From Parcubacteria bacterium C7867-008 (GTDB taxonomy: Bacteria > Patescibacteriota > Minisyncoccia > Phycocordibacterales > Phycocordibacteraceae), in assembly GCA_001189215.1 (NCBI GenBank), contig LFCR01000006.1:67550-131549 (forward strand): 64,000 nucleotides of DNA, written 5' to 3'. Shown here piece after piece: positions 30,437 through 39,429 of this stretch. The translations under genes were made by a program, and so were the position numbers. Position 1 is the first letter of the stretch. Each line of letters opens with the position of its first letter. Below the pieces are notes generated by a model. The model did not search any database, had not been told where the DNA came from, and saw nothing but the letters and a program-made list of their open reading frames with translations.

Positions 30437-31309
30437 ATGAGCAAGCACTCGCACGAGAGTAGTGGAAATATACGAACAGCCCTCTTTCTCAATATTGTCT
30501 TTACGATAGTTGAGCTGATTGGCGGTCTCCTTACAAACAGTCTCGCCATTCTTTCGGACGCTCTCCATGACTTTGGAGACACTATTGTTTTGGCACTTGC
30601 GCTGTATGCGGAGAAGAAGTCAAAGCAGGGTGCAGACGAAAAGCGAACCTATGGCTATGCTCGGCTATCGGTATTCTCAGCACTCGTATCAGGAGCAGTT
30701 CTTATAGGTGGTTCCTTGTTCATCATCTCTCAAGCTATTCCTCGGCTCTTAAACCCAGAGGCGGTACATGCGCCTGGCATGATGATACTGGCTGTAGTGG
30801 GCATCGTTTTCAACGGTATAGGAGCGTATCGCCTCAAGAAGGGAGAAGGAATAAATGAACGAGTGCTCTCCTGGCATCTCTTTGAAGATGTGTTCGGCTG
30901 GATGGCAGTATTCATAGGTGGAGCTTTGATTTACTTCTTCGATCTTCCAATTCTTGACCCAATTCTTACGATCGGCTTCACGCTGTTCATTCTCTGGGGA
31001 GTTATCCGCTCAATGGGAGAGGTAAGCAACATCCTTCTTGAAGGAGTGCCTGAGAAAATAAATCTACAGTTGCTAAAGAGTGATATTCAAAAGATAGAAG
31101 GTGTTCTTGGCCTTCACGATGTGCATGTATGGTCTCTAGAAGGAAAGACGAATGTTCTAAGTGGACATATTGTTGTAAACCCACAAAGCGTAGACGATGG
31201 ACACGCGATACAGCAAAAAGTTAAAGAGATGCTGAAGGATAAGCATGATATTGAACATGCCACGATAGAACTTGAGACCGATGCAAAGTGTGCAGAGAAA
31301 AACTGTTAA
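30437..31309 (+). CDS. cation diffusion facilitator (CzcD/ZitB-like)
   Basis: SDALHD, HLFED, HDVHVW, HATIELE. Confidence 0.92.
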   Translation: MSKHSHESSGNIRTALFLNIVFTIVELIGGLLTNSLAILSDALHDFGDTIVLALALYAEKKSKQGADEKRTYGYARLSVFSALVSGAVLIGGSLFIISQAIPRLLNPEAVHAPGMMILAVVGIVFNGIGAYRLKKGEGINERVLSWHLFEDVFGWMAVFIGGALIYFFDLPILDPILTIGFTLFILWGVIRSMGEVSNILLEGVPEKINLQLLKSDIQKIEGVLGLHDVHVWSLEGKTNVLSGHIVVNPQSVDDGHAIQQKVKEMLKDKHDIEHATIELETDAKCAEKNC

Positions 31310-31605
31310 ATGCAGTTTTACATCCTTTAGATAAGCCATATTTTCATCCCCATTTCTTCATGAAAGCAACATTGACCACTCTCATGGGGAAGCTATACTA
31401 GTGGAACTGGTTAGATACGGTTGTACTCAAGAAAAGCCTGTTATGGCTTTTTTGTATTATGAAGAAACGCTGAACGTCCCTTTGTTTTCCTATACTGCCT
31501 TCCAAGTTTTTCTCCCGTTCTATAGCTCGCGCTAAGAAGAGGGGTACATACAAAGTTTATGGTTCGGTAGCAGCGGTATTCGCTCTATCACTTTTTATCC
31601 ATAGC

Positions 31606-32589
31606 GTGTCGCCACAGTCTGTGGACGGCATCTTTCCTTTCCCGCACACAGCTCATGCTCAATCTGATGGTGAGGGCGGCATGATACATGATCCAAGTAT
31701 TGGTCTCCTTGAAGGGGTAAGGGACCCAAGTGTTCTCAATGAACACGAAATGGAAGTTTCTGGAGGAATGGCGCTTATGCCACATGGCGATCTTCCTGAA
31801 GGTGATGAAACTTCTAGTGCTAGTGGAAAGCAAACTAAACCAAAGAAGACAGGTATCGCTATTTACACAGTGAAAGAAGGGGACTCTCTCTCTGAAATTG
31901 CAGAGGAACACGGTGTTTCCACTAAAACTATTCTTTGGGCAAATGACATCCGTGATGCAAGTACTATCCGTATTGGAGATGACCTCATAATCCTTCCAGT
32001 TTCCGGCGTACAGCATAAAGTAGCTAGCGGAGAAACCCTGCAAGCTATCGCTAAGAAGTACGGATCTGACGTTTCTGACATTGCCTTATACAACGGTATA
32101 AGTGAAAGCAAGGGACTTGCTGCAGGTTCTGAAATCATTGTTCCAGGAGGTGCGTTCCCATCAACTCCACCAAAGAGTATTGGAAGTACTGGCTCATCTA
32201 AAAAAAGTACGGCGTCAACCAAATCTTCAAGCTCATCTTCTTCATCTGGTAAGTTTGGCAACCCGCTTCCTGGAAGGCCAATTTCTCAAGCAAATCATGG
32301 ATACAACGCGGTTGATATAGACGGCGAAACAGGAGACCCAATCTACGCTTCAGCTGGCGGTTCAGTTATTATCGCTAAGGGAGGTGGTGGTTATAACGGA
32401 GGATATGGAAATTACATCGTTATTGATAACGGAGGTGGTGTTCAGACGCTGTACGCCCACATGTCGTCTTTGGAGGTCTCAGGTGGAACAGTTGGTAAGG
32501 GAGAAGTTATCGGATATGTAGGTAATACAGGTAAATCAACAGGTTCGCATCTCCACTTTGAAGTGCGTGGTGCAACCAATCCGCTTTAG
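31606..32589 (+). CDS. LysM-LysM-M23 peptidase (true start probably further upstream)
   Basis: Two LysM domains, NAVD, YAHM, STGSHLHFEV. Confidence 0.88.
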   Translation: MSPQSVDGIFPFPHTAHAQSDGEGGMIHDPSIGLLEGVRDPSVLNEHEMEVSGGMALMPHGDLPEGDETSSASGKQTKPKKTGIAIYTVKEGDSLSEIAEEHGVSTKTILWANDIRDASTIRIGDDLIILPVSGVQHKVASGETLQAIAKKYGSDVSDIALYNGISESKGLAAGSEIIVPGGAFPSTPPKSIGSTGSSKKSTASTKSSSSSSSSGKFGNPLPGRPISQANHGYNAVDIDGETGDPIYASAGGSVIIAKGGGGYNGGYGNYIVIDNGGGVQTLYAHMSSLEVSGGTVGKGEVIGYVGNTGKSTGSHLHFEVRGATNPL

Positions 32590-32605
32590 TAAGTTCAACT
32601 CTCTA

Positions 32606-33370
32606 ATGACAGGAGATAAAAAGTTTCTACAAGAACTAAATATATTCAGAAATGAAGTGCAGTCAGCACTAAGGTTTTTATATACGGAATTAGCGATACG
32701 CGAGATGGGGATTACCCGTAAGGGTGTTCTAGAAGCGATGGATAGAACCCCTACTTTTTGGAATACCGTGCTTAGCTCGTTGCAGCACTCTACATTTATT
32801 ACCTTAGGGAGAATATTTGGCACTGGAAGGCATGACTTTAATAAGCTTTTACGATCTATTCAGGACAATAAAGTAATGTTCACCAAGGCAGCATTTTCTG
32901 AAAGATGGGAGAACAATCCTGATAAGGGGCAGTTAGGTAATTACCTGCAAACCTACCTTAAGCATGTATATGAACCATCCCAGCAGGACTTTGACGACTT
33001 GGTGGCGCATTTCCAAAAGCAGAGAGACCAGTATGAAAGTATCTACAGGGACATCAGGCACCATTTTGGCCATCGTCTCTATATACGCAATGAGGAAATT
33101 GAGAAGTTATTTAATGCGGTCAATATTGTTGAACTGGAGAAGTTTTGCGTGAACCTTGAGGCGCTATGGGATGCTCTCTGGAACCAATATCATAATGGAA
33201 GGGGACCCATGCTCCCGCTTAAACGAAAGAGATATTCAACACGCAATATTCTGAAGGGTAAGACATCGCCATATAAGACACCTCCGAGCAATGCTCAATA
33301 TATTTATGAGGCACAGACAGCCCTAAAGATGCTTGAGAAAGGTAAGCCAAAGAAACCTAAATTGCGCTAG
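32606..33370 (+). CDS. HEPN-like (AbiU2-like) protein
   Basis: Rx4H motif RHHFGH, ITLGRIF; last gene of the element. Confidence 0.6.
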   Translation: MTGDKKFLQELNIFRNEVQSALRFLYTELAIREMGITRKGVLEAMDRTPTFWNTVLSSLQHSTFITLGRIFGTGRHDFNKLLRSIQDNKVMFTKAAFSERWENNPDKGQLGNYLQTYLKHVYEPSQQDFDDLVAHFQKQRDQYESIYRDIRHHFGHRLYIRNEEIEKLFNAVNIVELEKFCVNLEALWDALWNQYHNGRGPMLPLKRKRYSTRNILKGKTSPYKTPPSNAQYIYEAQTALKMLEKGKPKKPKLR

Positions 33371-33429
33371 CAAGTTCAAGATCCGGTAAGAGTTTATAGG
33401 CAAAGTTTGATTTACCAGCCAATAAAACG

Positions 33430-33456
33430 GTTCTAACTTCGTCCAGTCCCCGCAGC
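33430..33456 (+). repeat. att-like site C (putative attR)
   Basis: GTTCTAACTTCGTCCAGTCCCCGCAGC; shares CCCGCAGC with the tRNA-Gln end. Confidence 0.82.
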
Positions 33457-33480
33457 TAATAAATTTGCTAGTATTAGTCT

Positions 33481-34431
33481 ATGAAAATAGCCGTACTAAG
33501 CTTCTCATTTCTTAAGCCAAAACACCTCGAAAAACTGCGGAGTTTCGGAGAGGTGATTGAGTACCAGTCAACCAATAACGCCCCAGACGCAACAGAGCGA
33601 GTAAAGAGTATCGAAATAGCTATTGCTGATTGTTGGGACGTACCGATGGATAAAACCTTCTTTGAGAGTTCCCCAGATCTTAAATACGTCAGTCTGAACT
33701 CCACTGGGTTTAATCAGGTAGATATTGAAGCAGCCAAGGCTCATGGTGTTGCGATTTCTAATGTCCCTGGATACTCAACAGAAGGTGTTGCGGAGCAGAC
33801 CCTTGGCCTCATGCTCGCGGTTGCTAGACACATACCGAAAGCTAATCAAGAGATGATGAAGGCCCCGTTTCAGATCGATCCAGCTAATAGGAATCATGAT
33901 GTATATCAAGGAGTTGAATTGAGAGGAAAGACCCTTGGAGTCTTTGGACTCGGTCAGATTGGTCTTCGCGTAGCTGAGCTGGGGAATGCTCTAGGCATGC
34001 GAGTCATAGGTTGTACGAGATCCCCTAAACAGATGCCGAATATTGAAATTGTTGATTTCTATACTCTGCTTGAGGAAAGCGATTTCCTCGCCATAACCTC
34101 CGCTTTCAGTGCCGAAATGAAAGGCCTCTTCAATGAGAATACCTTCTCCAAAATGAAACCAAGCGCAATCCTTATTAATACTGCCCGAGGAGATTTCGTA
34201 GAAGAAACAGCGCTCAGCAATGCGCTCAAGAGCAATAAGATCTATGGATATGGTGCGGATGTACTTACAGACTGGTCTGTGAATAATCCGATTCTCGGAA
34301 TGGAAAGAGTAGTGCTTAGTCCTCACTCAGCATTCTTTACCCAGGAGTCCGCAGACCGGCTTGCAGATAGCGTAATTGCGAACGTGGAAGCATATATTCA
34401 AGGTAAACCAATAAATGTCATAACTATTTAG
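33481..34431 (+). CDS. D-isomer-specific 2-hydroxyacid dehydrogenase (cassette 1)
   Basis: GLGQIG, INTARG, DV, SPHSA. Confidence 0.92.
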   Translation: MKIAVLSFSFLKPKHLEKLRSFGEVIEYQSTNNAPDATERVKSIEIAIADCWDVPMDKTFFESSPDLKYVSLNSTGFNQVDIEAAKAHGVAISNVPGYSTEGVAEQTLGLMLAVARHIPKANQEMMKAPFQIDPANRNHDVYQGVELRGKTLGVFGLGQIGLRVAELGNALGMRVIGCTRSPKQMPNIEIVDFYTLLEESDFLAITSAFSAEMKGLFNENTFSKMKPSAILINTARGDFVEETALSNALKSNKIYGYGADVLTDWSVNNPILGMERVVLSPHSAFFTQESADRLADSVIANVEAYIQGKPINVITI

Positions 34432-34439
34432 TTAGTAAG

Positions 34440-34466
34440 GTTCCCACGTCGTACCAAACCCCCAGC
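34440..34466 (+). repeat. att-like repeat A1
   Basis: GTTCCCACGTCGTACCAAACCCCCAGC. Confidence 0.92.
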
Positions 34467-34573
34467 AATTGACTTTTATAATTTAAATAGTATTTTGCAT
34501 ACAGACGATCTTATGGTGAGGTCGTTGTAAACCATAGCCGATGCCTTAAATGGATAGGCGATTGGAGGATCCC

Positions 34574-35116
34574 ATGCACATGAACAAAGCCGAGCTTGCC
34601 CATCTGGAACATGAGCTGAATCCCGTCCTGAAAAATCAGGTAGTGGTGCGTTACGAGACGATTGGAGGTACTCAATTCAGCGGCGATGTCTTGACCTTCT
34701 ATCCCTACGAGGACGAGTGTTGCCTAATCGCCCAGGTTACGGTGAATGCTACACTCAGTCATACGGTGGAAGTGAAAGTGGGCGCCACGCTCACGACTTT
34801 GGACATGGTTCTCAAAGACTGGAACCAACGCCGCTGCAACGACTGGCTGAATCCCGAAGCTTTTGTGGCCAATATTCCTGTATTCCGCGACGGACAGCTC
34901 TGTACGTCGCTCAAAACTGGAATCGATAGTGGCTGCTGGGACTTTTGGTCGGGCTTGATGGCAGGCGTAGTGAACGGGCATTACGATGCCGTTATCACCA
35001 ATCACCGCCCAGATCCAGAAGAGATCGCAGCCGCAACCGCGCTTTGGAAGCGCTTCTCGGCGTTCACAGCGCAGAACCAGCGTAAATGGGCTCAAAGGGT
35101 AATGTCCCACTATTAA
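34574..35116 (+). CDS. hypothetical protein (cassette 2)
   Basis: SD GGAGG, TTGACT promoter just after A1, downstream hairpin. Confidence 0.75.
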   Translation: MHMNKAELAHLEHELNPVLKNQVVVRYETIGGTQFSGDVLTFYPYEDECCLIAQVTVNATLSHTVEVKVGATLTTLDMVLKDWNQRRCNDWLNPEAFVANIPVFRDGQLCTSLKTGIDSGCWDFWSGLMAGVVNGHYDAVITNHRPDPEEIAAATALWKRFSAFTAQNQRKWAQRVMSHY

Positions 35117-35186
35117 GAAAAGGGCCGCCTAGTACTCTACGGAGGAATGGCGGCTTTTCTTTATATGGCTTTAAATAGGCATTTGG

Positions 35187-35213
35187 GTTCGAATATCGTC
35201 CCAGACTGCCAGC
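35187..35213 (+). repeat. att-like repeat B1
   Basis: GTTCGAATATCGTCCCAGACTGCCAGC. Confidence 0.92.
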
Positions 35214-35265
35214 TAATGAAATTGGAAAACCGCATGAACGATTTTCCGTTACGCGGTTCTGAAAA

Positions 35266-35649
35266 CTAGACTGACACCACATCGACGACGCCTTGCGGGT
35301 ACGTGTGACCGGGCTTGGCGAAGTTGTCTCGGTCGAGAATCATGCTGACCGCGCCACCGAGCGAGATGTGATAGGGGAGCGTGCGGACGAAGATGACCTC
35401 AGTGCGATCGCAGAAGAATCCGGAAAGGATCTTTCCTTCTTCCTCCTTGTCCATCTGCGTGTACACGGCGCCACATTTGAAGTTCATGCAGATGGCGACC
35501 ATGCGCTTGATCTCGGTGCACGACCCACCGTTCCGCCGGATAGTCTTCCGGTCTGTCCACAGGACATTCCCGTAATGACAGCTCAGGCAGAGTTTCGGAA
35601 GCGATTCGATGAACGCACGCCGCGTCCATTTTGGGCGATTCTGGTCCAT
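35266..35649 (-). CDS. hypothetical Cys-containing (Zn-ribbon-like) protein (cassette 3)
   Basis: SD AGGAGG; CLSC...CMNFKC. Confidence 0.65.
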   Translation of the reverse strand: MDQNRPKWTRRAFIESLPKLCLSCHYGNVLWTDRKTIRRNGGSCTEIKRMVAICMNFKCGAVYTQMDKEEEGKILSGFFCDRTEVIFVRTLPYHISLGGAVSMILDRDNFAKPGHTYPQGVVDVVSV

Positions 35650-35698
35650 ATGACCCTCCTTCTGTATCTAGGTGGAGTGTACCTCTGATTCCAAAAAG

Positions 35699-35725
35699 GT
35701 TCCAACGTCGTACCAAACCCCCAGC
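35699..35725 (+). repeat. att-like repeat A2
   Basis: GTTCCAACGTCGTACCAAACCCCCAGC. Confidence 0.92.
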
Positions 35726-35802
35726 AATGTTTAAATTAAGCCGTATCTGAAGTAAAGAATAAGCGCCCGACCAAGGGCCGGGCGCCGCTCACTGCCGAAT
35801 GG

Positions 35803-37050
35803 TTACGGCTTAATGAGAAGATCGAATCTTCGCTCAGGCATCAGATACTGAGCTATTTCTTTGAGATCAGAATAGTCCATGCGCGATATGGTATCAATGT
35901 CATCCTGACCGCTTTCAATTGCGCCCATGATCCAAAGCATGTCTTGGGCAAGATCGCAGATTTTTGAGCTGTTATGATCTCGCATCATAACGTCAGCGAT
36001 CTCGATTCGTTTCTGGCGCTCGAACCCTTCCTGGTCTTCGACCACAAGCTTTACGCACTCAGTCACAAGGTCGCTAGACTGCTCAAGGGCTTCACGGACC
36101 ATTACATTGCTTGTGATACTTAGGTCGGTGAAAGAAGGTCGCGCATCCATAGATGCACTAATACCATAAGTCCAGGCATGTTTCTCCCGGAACTCGGCGT
36201 TGAGTTGTCGACTCAGCAGAGCCCTGAACACGTTAACGTGCTCTGGATGAATCGAACTGGGAAGCAATGCATGCACTTCCAAGCCCGAGCCTGTAAAGCC
36301 GCGTGAATATTCCCCTATGGACATGACTTTCCGAGTGGAAGTTGGCAACCGTACTTCTGTTGCTGGTGCTTCTCCGCGTGTGCGCCTACCCGCTTTTTCT
36401 TGAGCGAACGGGCTTCCCGAAAGGATACTAACGACTTCATCGATCGTCTTCCCGCCGACGCAGACGATAGCGGTGTTCTGAGGCGTGTAATGAAGGTCGT
36501 AGAACGTCTGAAGATCCGTCGTGCTGATGGCCTCGATAGTCTCAGGCAATCCAAGCGCTCGTGAATGGGCCATGCGAGTATTAGGCATGAGCGCGTTTCG
36601 TATCGACTGGAACTGCTCAAGCGCTAGATCGTTTGGGAAGCGCCGCTTGAATTCTTGATGGATCACTCCTCGCTCTCGTTCATAATTGTTCACGAGCGAG
36701 CCGTTGAACAGCATCTCGCCGAAGACTTCAAAGCTCTTCGCCAGGTTACGTGTTTCAGCAGGAGCGAAGAACCCGTATCGAGTCCAGTGATACGAAGTTA
36801 CACCGAGGGTCGCCTCGCCGCCATTTTCTAAGAAGAAATCCTCTAGCTGTTGTTTCGAGACATTCGTATTCTCGCTCACCATGTGTTCGACAAAGTGAGC
36901 GACACCTTCGCGACCAGGAGGATCCTGATTAGCGCCGCTGTAGATTTGGAAACCAACGCGTACCCAGGGCCGGCCAGGCAAATGGAGGATGTGCACTTCA
37001 AGATCGTTCGAAAGGGTAGTTGATTCGAAGTTAGCATACGGATCCCACAT
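35803..37050 (-). CDS. M16 (insulinase) family peptidase (cassette 4)
   Basis: GVAHFVEHM (HxxEH), RERGVI.QE, Y.PQN; SD AGGAG. Confidence 0.88.
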   Translation of the reverse strand: MWDPYANFESTTLSNDLEVHILHLPGRPWVRVGFQIYSGANQDPPGREGVAHFVEHMVSENTNVSKQQLEDFFLENGGEATLGVTSYHWTRYGFFAPAETRNLAKSFEVFGEMLFNGSLVNNYERERGVIHQEFKRRFPNDLALEQFQSIRNALMPNTRMAHSRALGLPETIEAISTTDLQTFYDLHYTPQNTAIVCVGGKTIDEVVSILSGSPFAQEKAGRRTRGEAPATEVRLPTSTRKVMSIGEYSRGFTGSGLEVHALLPSSIHPEHVNVFRALLSRQLNAEFREKHAWTYGISASMDARPSFTDLSITSNVMVREALEQSSDLVTECVKLVVEDQEGFERQKRIEIADVMMRDHNSSKICDLAQDMLWIMGAIESGQDDIDTISRMDYSDLKEIAQYLMPERRFDLLIKP

Positions 37051-37172
37051 TGGGGTTACTCCTGTTTGATTTGAAAGGATCGTTCTTGAGAATTATACTA
37101 TATAAATATATTTTATCAAATATTACAGCAAACCATCGACCCTACGTAATCATGCTTTAATTTTCCATAAAA

Positions 37173-37199
37173 GTTCCCATGTCGTACCAAACCCCCAGC
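37173..37199 (+). repeat. att-like repeat A3
   Basis: GTTCCCATGTCGTACCAAACCCCCAGC. Confidence 0.92.
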
Positions 37200-37274
37200 A
37201 CTCAAATAACCTCCGGGGGAACTTTTTCCAAAGTGAAGGATCATTAAAGTTAGAAACAGCGTTATACTTACCGT

Positions 37275-37805
37275 ATGCCGAAGCAAGTACTCATTCTGAC
37301 CGGAGGTATACTTCTTGTCGGTGTCTTAGGTGGTGTCTGGTATTTCAATGAAAGAATAGTCGAAGATGTAAGCGACACGCATCCGCCCGTGGAAGTACAG
37401 TCTGCTGAAATCTCGAAGGAGGTACGGAAGACCTCTGAAACTTCAGCAAATACTACCGTCTCGAAATACTCAGCTGCGAAGGACGTACTACCTACAACGG
37501 TTGGTCAATGTTCAGTAACGAAGGTGGAAATCGTTACTAATAGGCTTGAGGCCGAGGATGGATCACCACAAGCAGGGAGTGGTAGTGTCATCGGATACAC
37601 GAACCATGGCGGACAAGTCCTATACGAGCAACTTTTGGAAATAGATAACTCGAAGCCGGGTGACGAGGTTACCCTGTGTCTGTTGTCCATTCCTCAGGAT
37701 TGTCCAGAAGGGGACGAACGAGGGAAGATCTATCGTGCAACCAATCTAAGGACAGGAGCAAGCTGGGTAGCACCTGATGCACAGCATTTTTGCGGAGGTG
37801 CATGA
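37275..37805 (+). CDS. membrane-anchored Cys-containing protein (cassette 5)
   Basis: N-terminal TM; CL.SIP.DCP.GD.RG..Y, HFCGGA terminus. Confidence 0.8.
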   Translation: MPKQVLILTGGILLVGVLGGVWYFNERIVEDVSDTHPPVEVQSAEISKEVRKTSETSANTTVSKYSAAKDVLPTTVGQCSVTKVEIVTNRLEAEDGSPQAGSGSVIGYTNHGGQVLYEQLLEIDNSKPGDEVTLCLLSIPQDCPEGDERGKIYRATNLRTGASWVAPDAQHFCGGA

Positions 37806-37857
37806 TATTTAGAGTTTGCAAGGATTTCAAGGACAAGTCTGTAAAACCTTGACTGTG

Positions 37858-37884
37858 GTTCCCACGTCGTACCAAACCCCCAGC
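37858..37884 (+). repeat. att-like repeat A4
   Basis: GTTCCCACGTCGTACCAAACCCCCAGC. Confidence 0.92.
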
Positions 37885-37952
37885 TCGCTAACTTTAGTCT
37901 ACAAACAGAAAACCCACCGACTAGATGGGTAATCCGTAGGTGGGTGATGTGC

Positions 37953-38099
37953 TCAGGTGAGCTTATCCATCTTCTTGAAGAACCAATCCAGGCCGAGGAG
38001 AGAGGCGAAGATCAGTCCATAGCTCCCAGCGAAGATTGCGATTTCAGCTGGTGTTGCACGCGACTGCTGGTTTGCGAGAACGAGGAGCCCGAAGATCAT
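37953..38099 (-). CDS. 48-aa membrane peptide (cassette 6)
   Basis: Read manually: MIFGLLVLANQQSRATPAEIAIFAGSYGLIFASLLGLDWFFKKMDKLT; upstream TTGACA and AAGGGA, downstream CCCACC/GGTGGG hairpin. Confidence 0.6.
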   Translation of the reverse strand: MIFGLLVLANQQSRATPAEIAIFAGSYGLIFASLLGLDWFFKKMDKLT

Positions 38100-38180
38100 T
38101 TGTTTGTCCCTTCTGATCTGTCTAGCAATAATTTACTTCTATTATTGCAAATGTCAACTTGAGTAAAGCTTTAAATTTCG

Positions 38181-38207
38181 GTTCGAATATCGTCCCAGAC
38201 GGCCAGC
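38181..38207 (+). repeat. att-like repeat B2
   Basis: GTTCGAATATCGTCCCAGACGGCCAGC. Confidence 0.92.
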
Positions 38208-38270
38208 AATTGACTTTTAATACATAGTGTGCTATTTTAATTTCAGGAATCACAGCTCTGGGAGAAGGGT

Positions 38271-38573
38271 ATGGCTCAAGCGGAAGGCGGCGCAAAGCGT
38301 CAGCTGACGGTCCGTCTCAAACCGGCAAATCGTGCCGGACTGGACCAACTGGCAGAGCGAGGGAATGGCAACATCTCCGCGCTCGTCGATCAGGCGGTTG
38401 AGGAATTCCTCGCCCGTCGCTCAGGTACGCCGATTGCGGCACAAGGCCCGTTCGCCTTGGACAGCGCCGACATCGAACGTATCGCACCCGTCGTGAAGGC
38501 GATCGGGGCGCCCATTTCGCTCCAAGTCTTTACCGACATCATCGAGGCTCAACGGACACAGTCCAAAGCCTGA
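38271..38573 (+). CDS. ribbon-helix-helix-like protein (cassette 7)
   Basis: QLTVRL..LDQLA...ISALVDQAVEEFL; TTGACT-17 nt-TATTTT promoter. Confidence 0.75.
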   Translation: MAQAEGGAKRQLTVRLKPANRAGLDQLAERGNGNISALVDQAVEEFLARRSGTPIAAQGPFALDSADIERIAPVVKAIGAPISLQVFTDIIEAQRTQSKA

Positions 38574-38650
38574 ATCAATCCACCATGCAGAAGGACAGAA
38601 GGTCCACTTGCGGGTGGATTTTCTGTTATATGAGGCTATATCGCAAATTT

Positions 38651-38677
38651 GTTCGAATATCGTCCCAGACTGCCAGC
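38651..38677 (+). repeat. att-like repeat B3
   Basis: GTTCGAATATCGTCCCAGACTGCCAGC. Confidence 0.92.
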
Positions 38678-38743
38678 AATTGACTTTTTCATATTTGAAT
38701 ATATATTCACATCAGATTGAAACTCGAAAGCGAGGAATTCCTC

Positions 38744-39337
38744 ATGATTCGCAACCTGATACGGCCCAATGCCCACTTCGTGGTGGGTGAGCATGAAGGC
38801 CGAAAAGTCTTCACGCTCGGCAACATCCGGTTCCCATTACTGCCGGTCGAAACCGTTCTGGAGTCAGAACGCACCTTTGTGAACATCGACGTATTCCGCA
38901 GGGACGGTTCGAAGCTGTCGGGTATGATTCGGGTGTCTACGGATTTCCCGAATGGTGTCGCTGGCACGCCGCCGTATTTCGACATGTACGACATGAAGCT
39001 ACGGCGCGAGACCGAACTTCAGGCCGAGAGCTTCGAGGAAGGGGATCTGCTCTACCTGACGAATCTTCCGTTCAGGTTCGGGGAATCCCTTCTCAAGCAG
39101 CTCGGCGAGCAGGCTGACGTCTGCAGGGAATACATCGAGCGACACAAGCTATTGCTCGATGATGTCTTCCGAAGATGCGAAGCGATCAGGACTGATAACG
39201 GAGCTGAGCTCACGGACGATCAGACCAACATGATCTTCGGGCAGTTCTACCGATCGGTCGGCGAATTGTTTCAGGAGCTGAAAGAGCGCACCGACCTGCC
39301 CGAGCTGTTCGAGCTTCGGGAGACGGAACCGGCCTGA
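38744..39337 (+). CDS. hypothetical protein (cassette 8)
   Basis: SD GAGGA before ATG 38744; terminator downstream. Confidence 0.75.
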   Translation: MIRNLIRPNAHFVVGEHEGRKVFTLGNIRFPLLPVETVLESERTFVNIDVFRRDGSKLSGMIRVSTDFPNGVAGTPPYFDMYDMKLRRETELQAESFEEGDLLYLTNLPFRFGESLLKQLGEQADVCREYIERHKLLLDDVFRRCEAIRTDNGAELTDDQTNMIFGQFYRSVGELFQELKERTDLPELFELRETEPA

Positions 39338-39357
39338 TCGCTCTTCACGAACCTTAA

Positions 39358-39396
39358 GAGACCCTGTCCAGATCTGATCTGGCAGGGTCTTTCTTT
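39358..39396 (+). terminator. intrinsic terminator of cassette 8
   Basis: AGACCCTG(T)CCAGAT / ATCTGGCAGGGTCT followed by TTCTTT. Confidence 0.75.
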
Positions 39397-39402
39397 ATAA
39401 AA

Positions 39403-39429
39403 GTTCCCACGTCGTACCAAACCCTCAGC
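39403..39429 (+). repeat. att-like repeat A5
   Basis: GTTCCCACGTCGTACCAAACCCTCAGC. Confidence 0.92.

Larger units (their letters stand above)
20205..33456. mobile_element. 13.2-kb integrative element at tRNA-Gln
   Basis: CCCGCAGC repeated at 20205-20212 and 33449-33456; recombinase and Rep-like gene at the left end, cargo genes to the right. Confidence 0.82.

Noticed and set aside
31459-31473. TGA recoding (genetic code 25 or 4)
   Set aside because: Many genes end in TGA, RF2 is present, and long ORFs are intact under code 11.
20213-33456. Prophage
   Set aside because: No terminase, capsid, tail or holin genes; the cargo is metal resistance.
35293-35716. Alternative overlapping ORFs in cassette 3
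   Set aside because: Shadow frames of GC-rich DNA; only 35649..35266 has a clear SD and ATG.
37944-38162. 72-aa plus-strand ORF in cassette 6
   Set aside because: Promoter, RBS and terminator signals favour the minus-strand 48-aa ORF.
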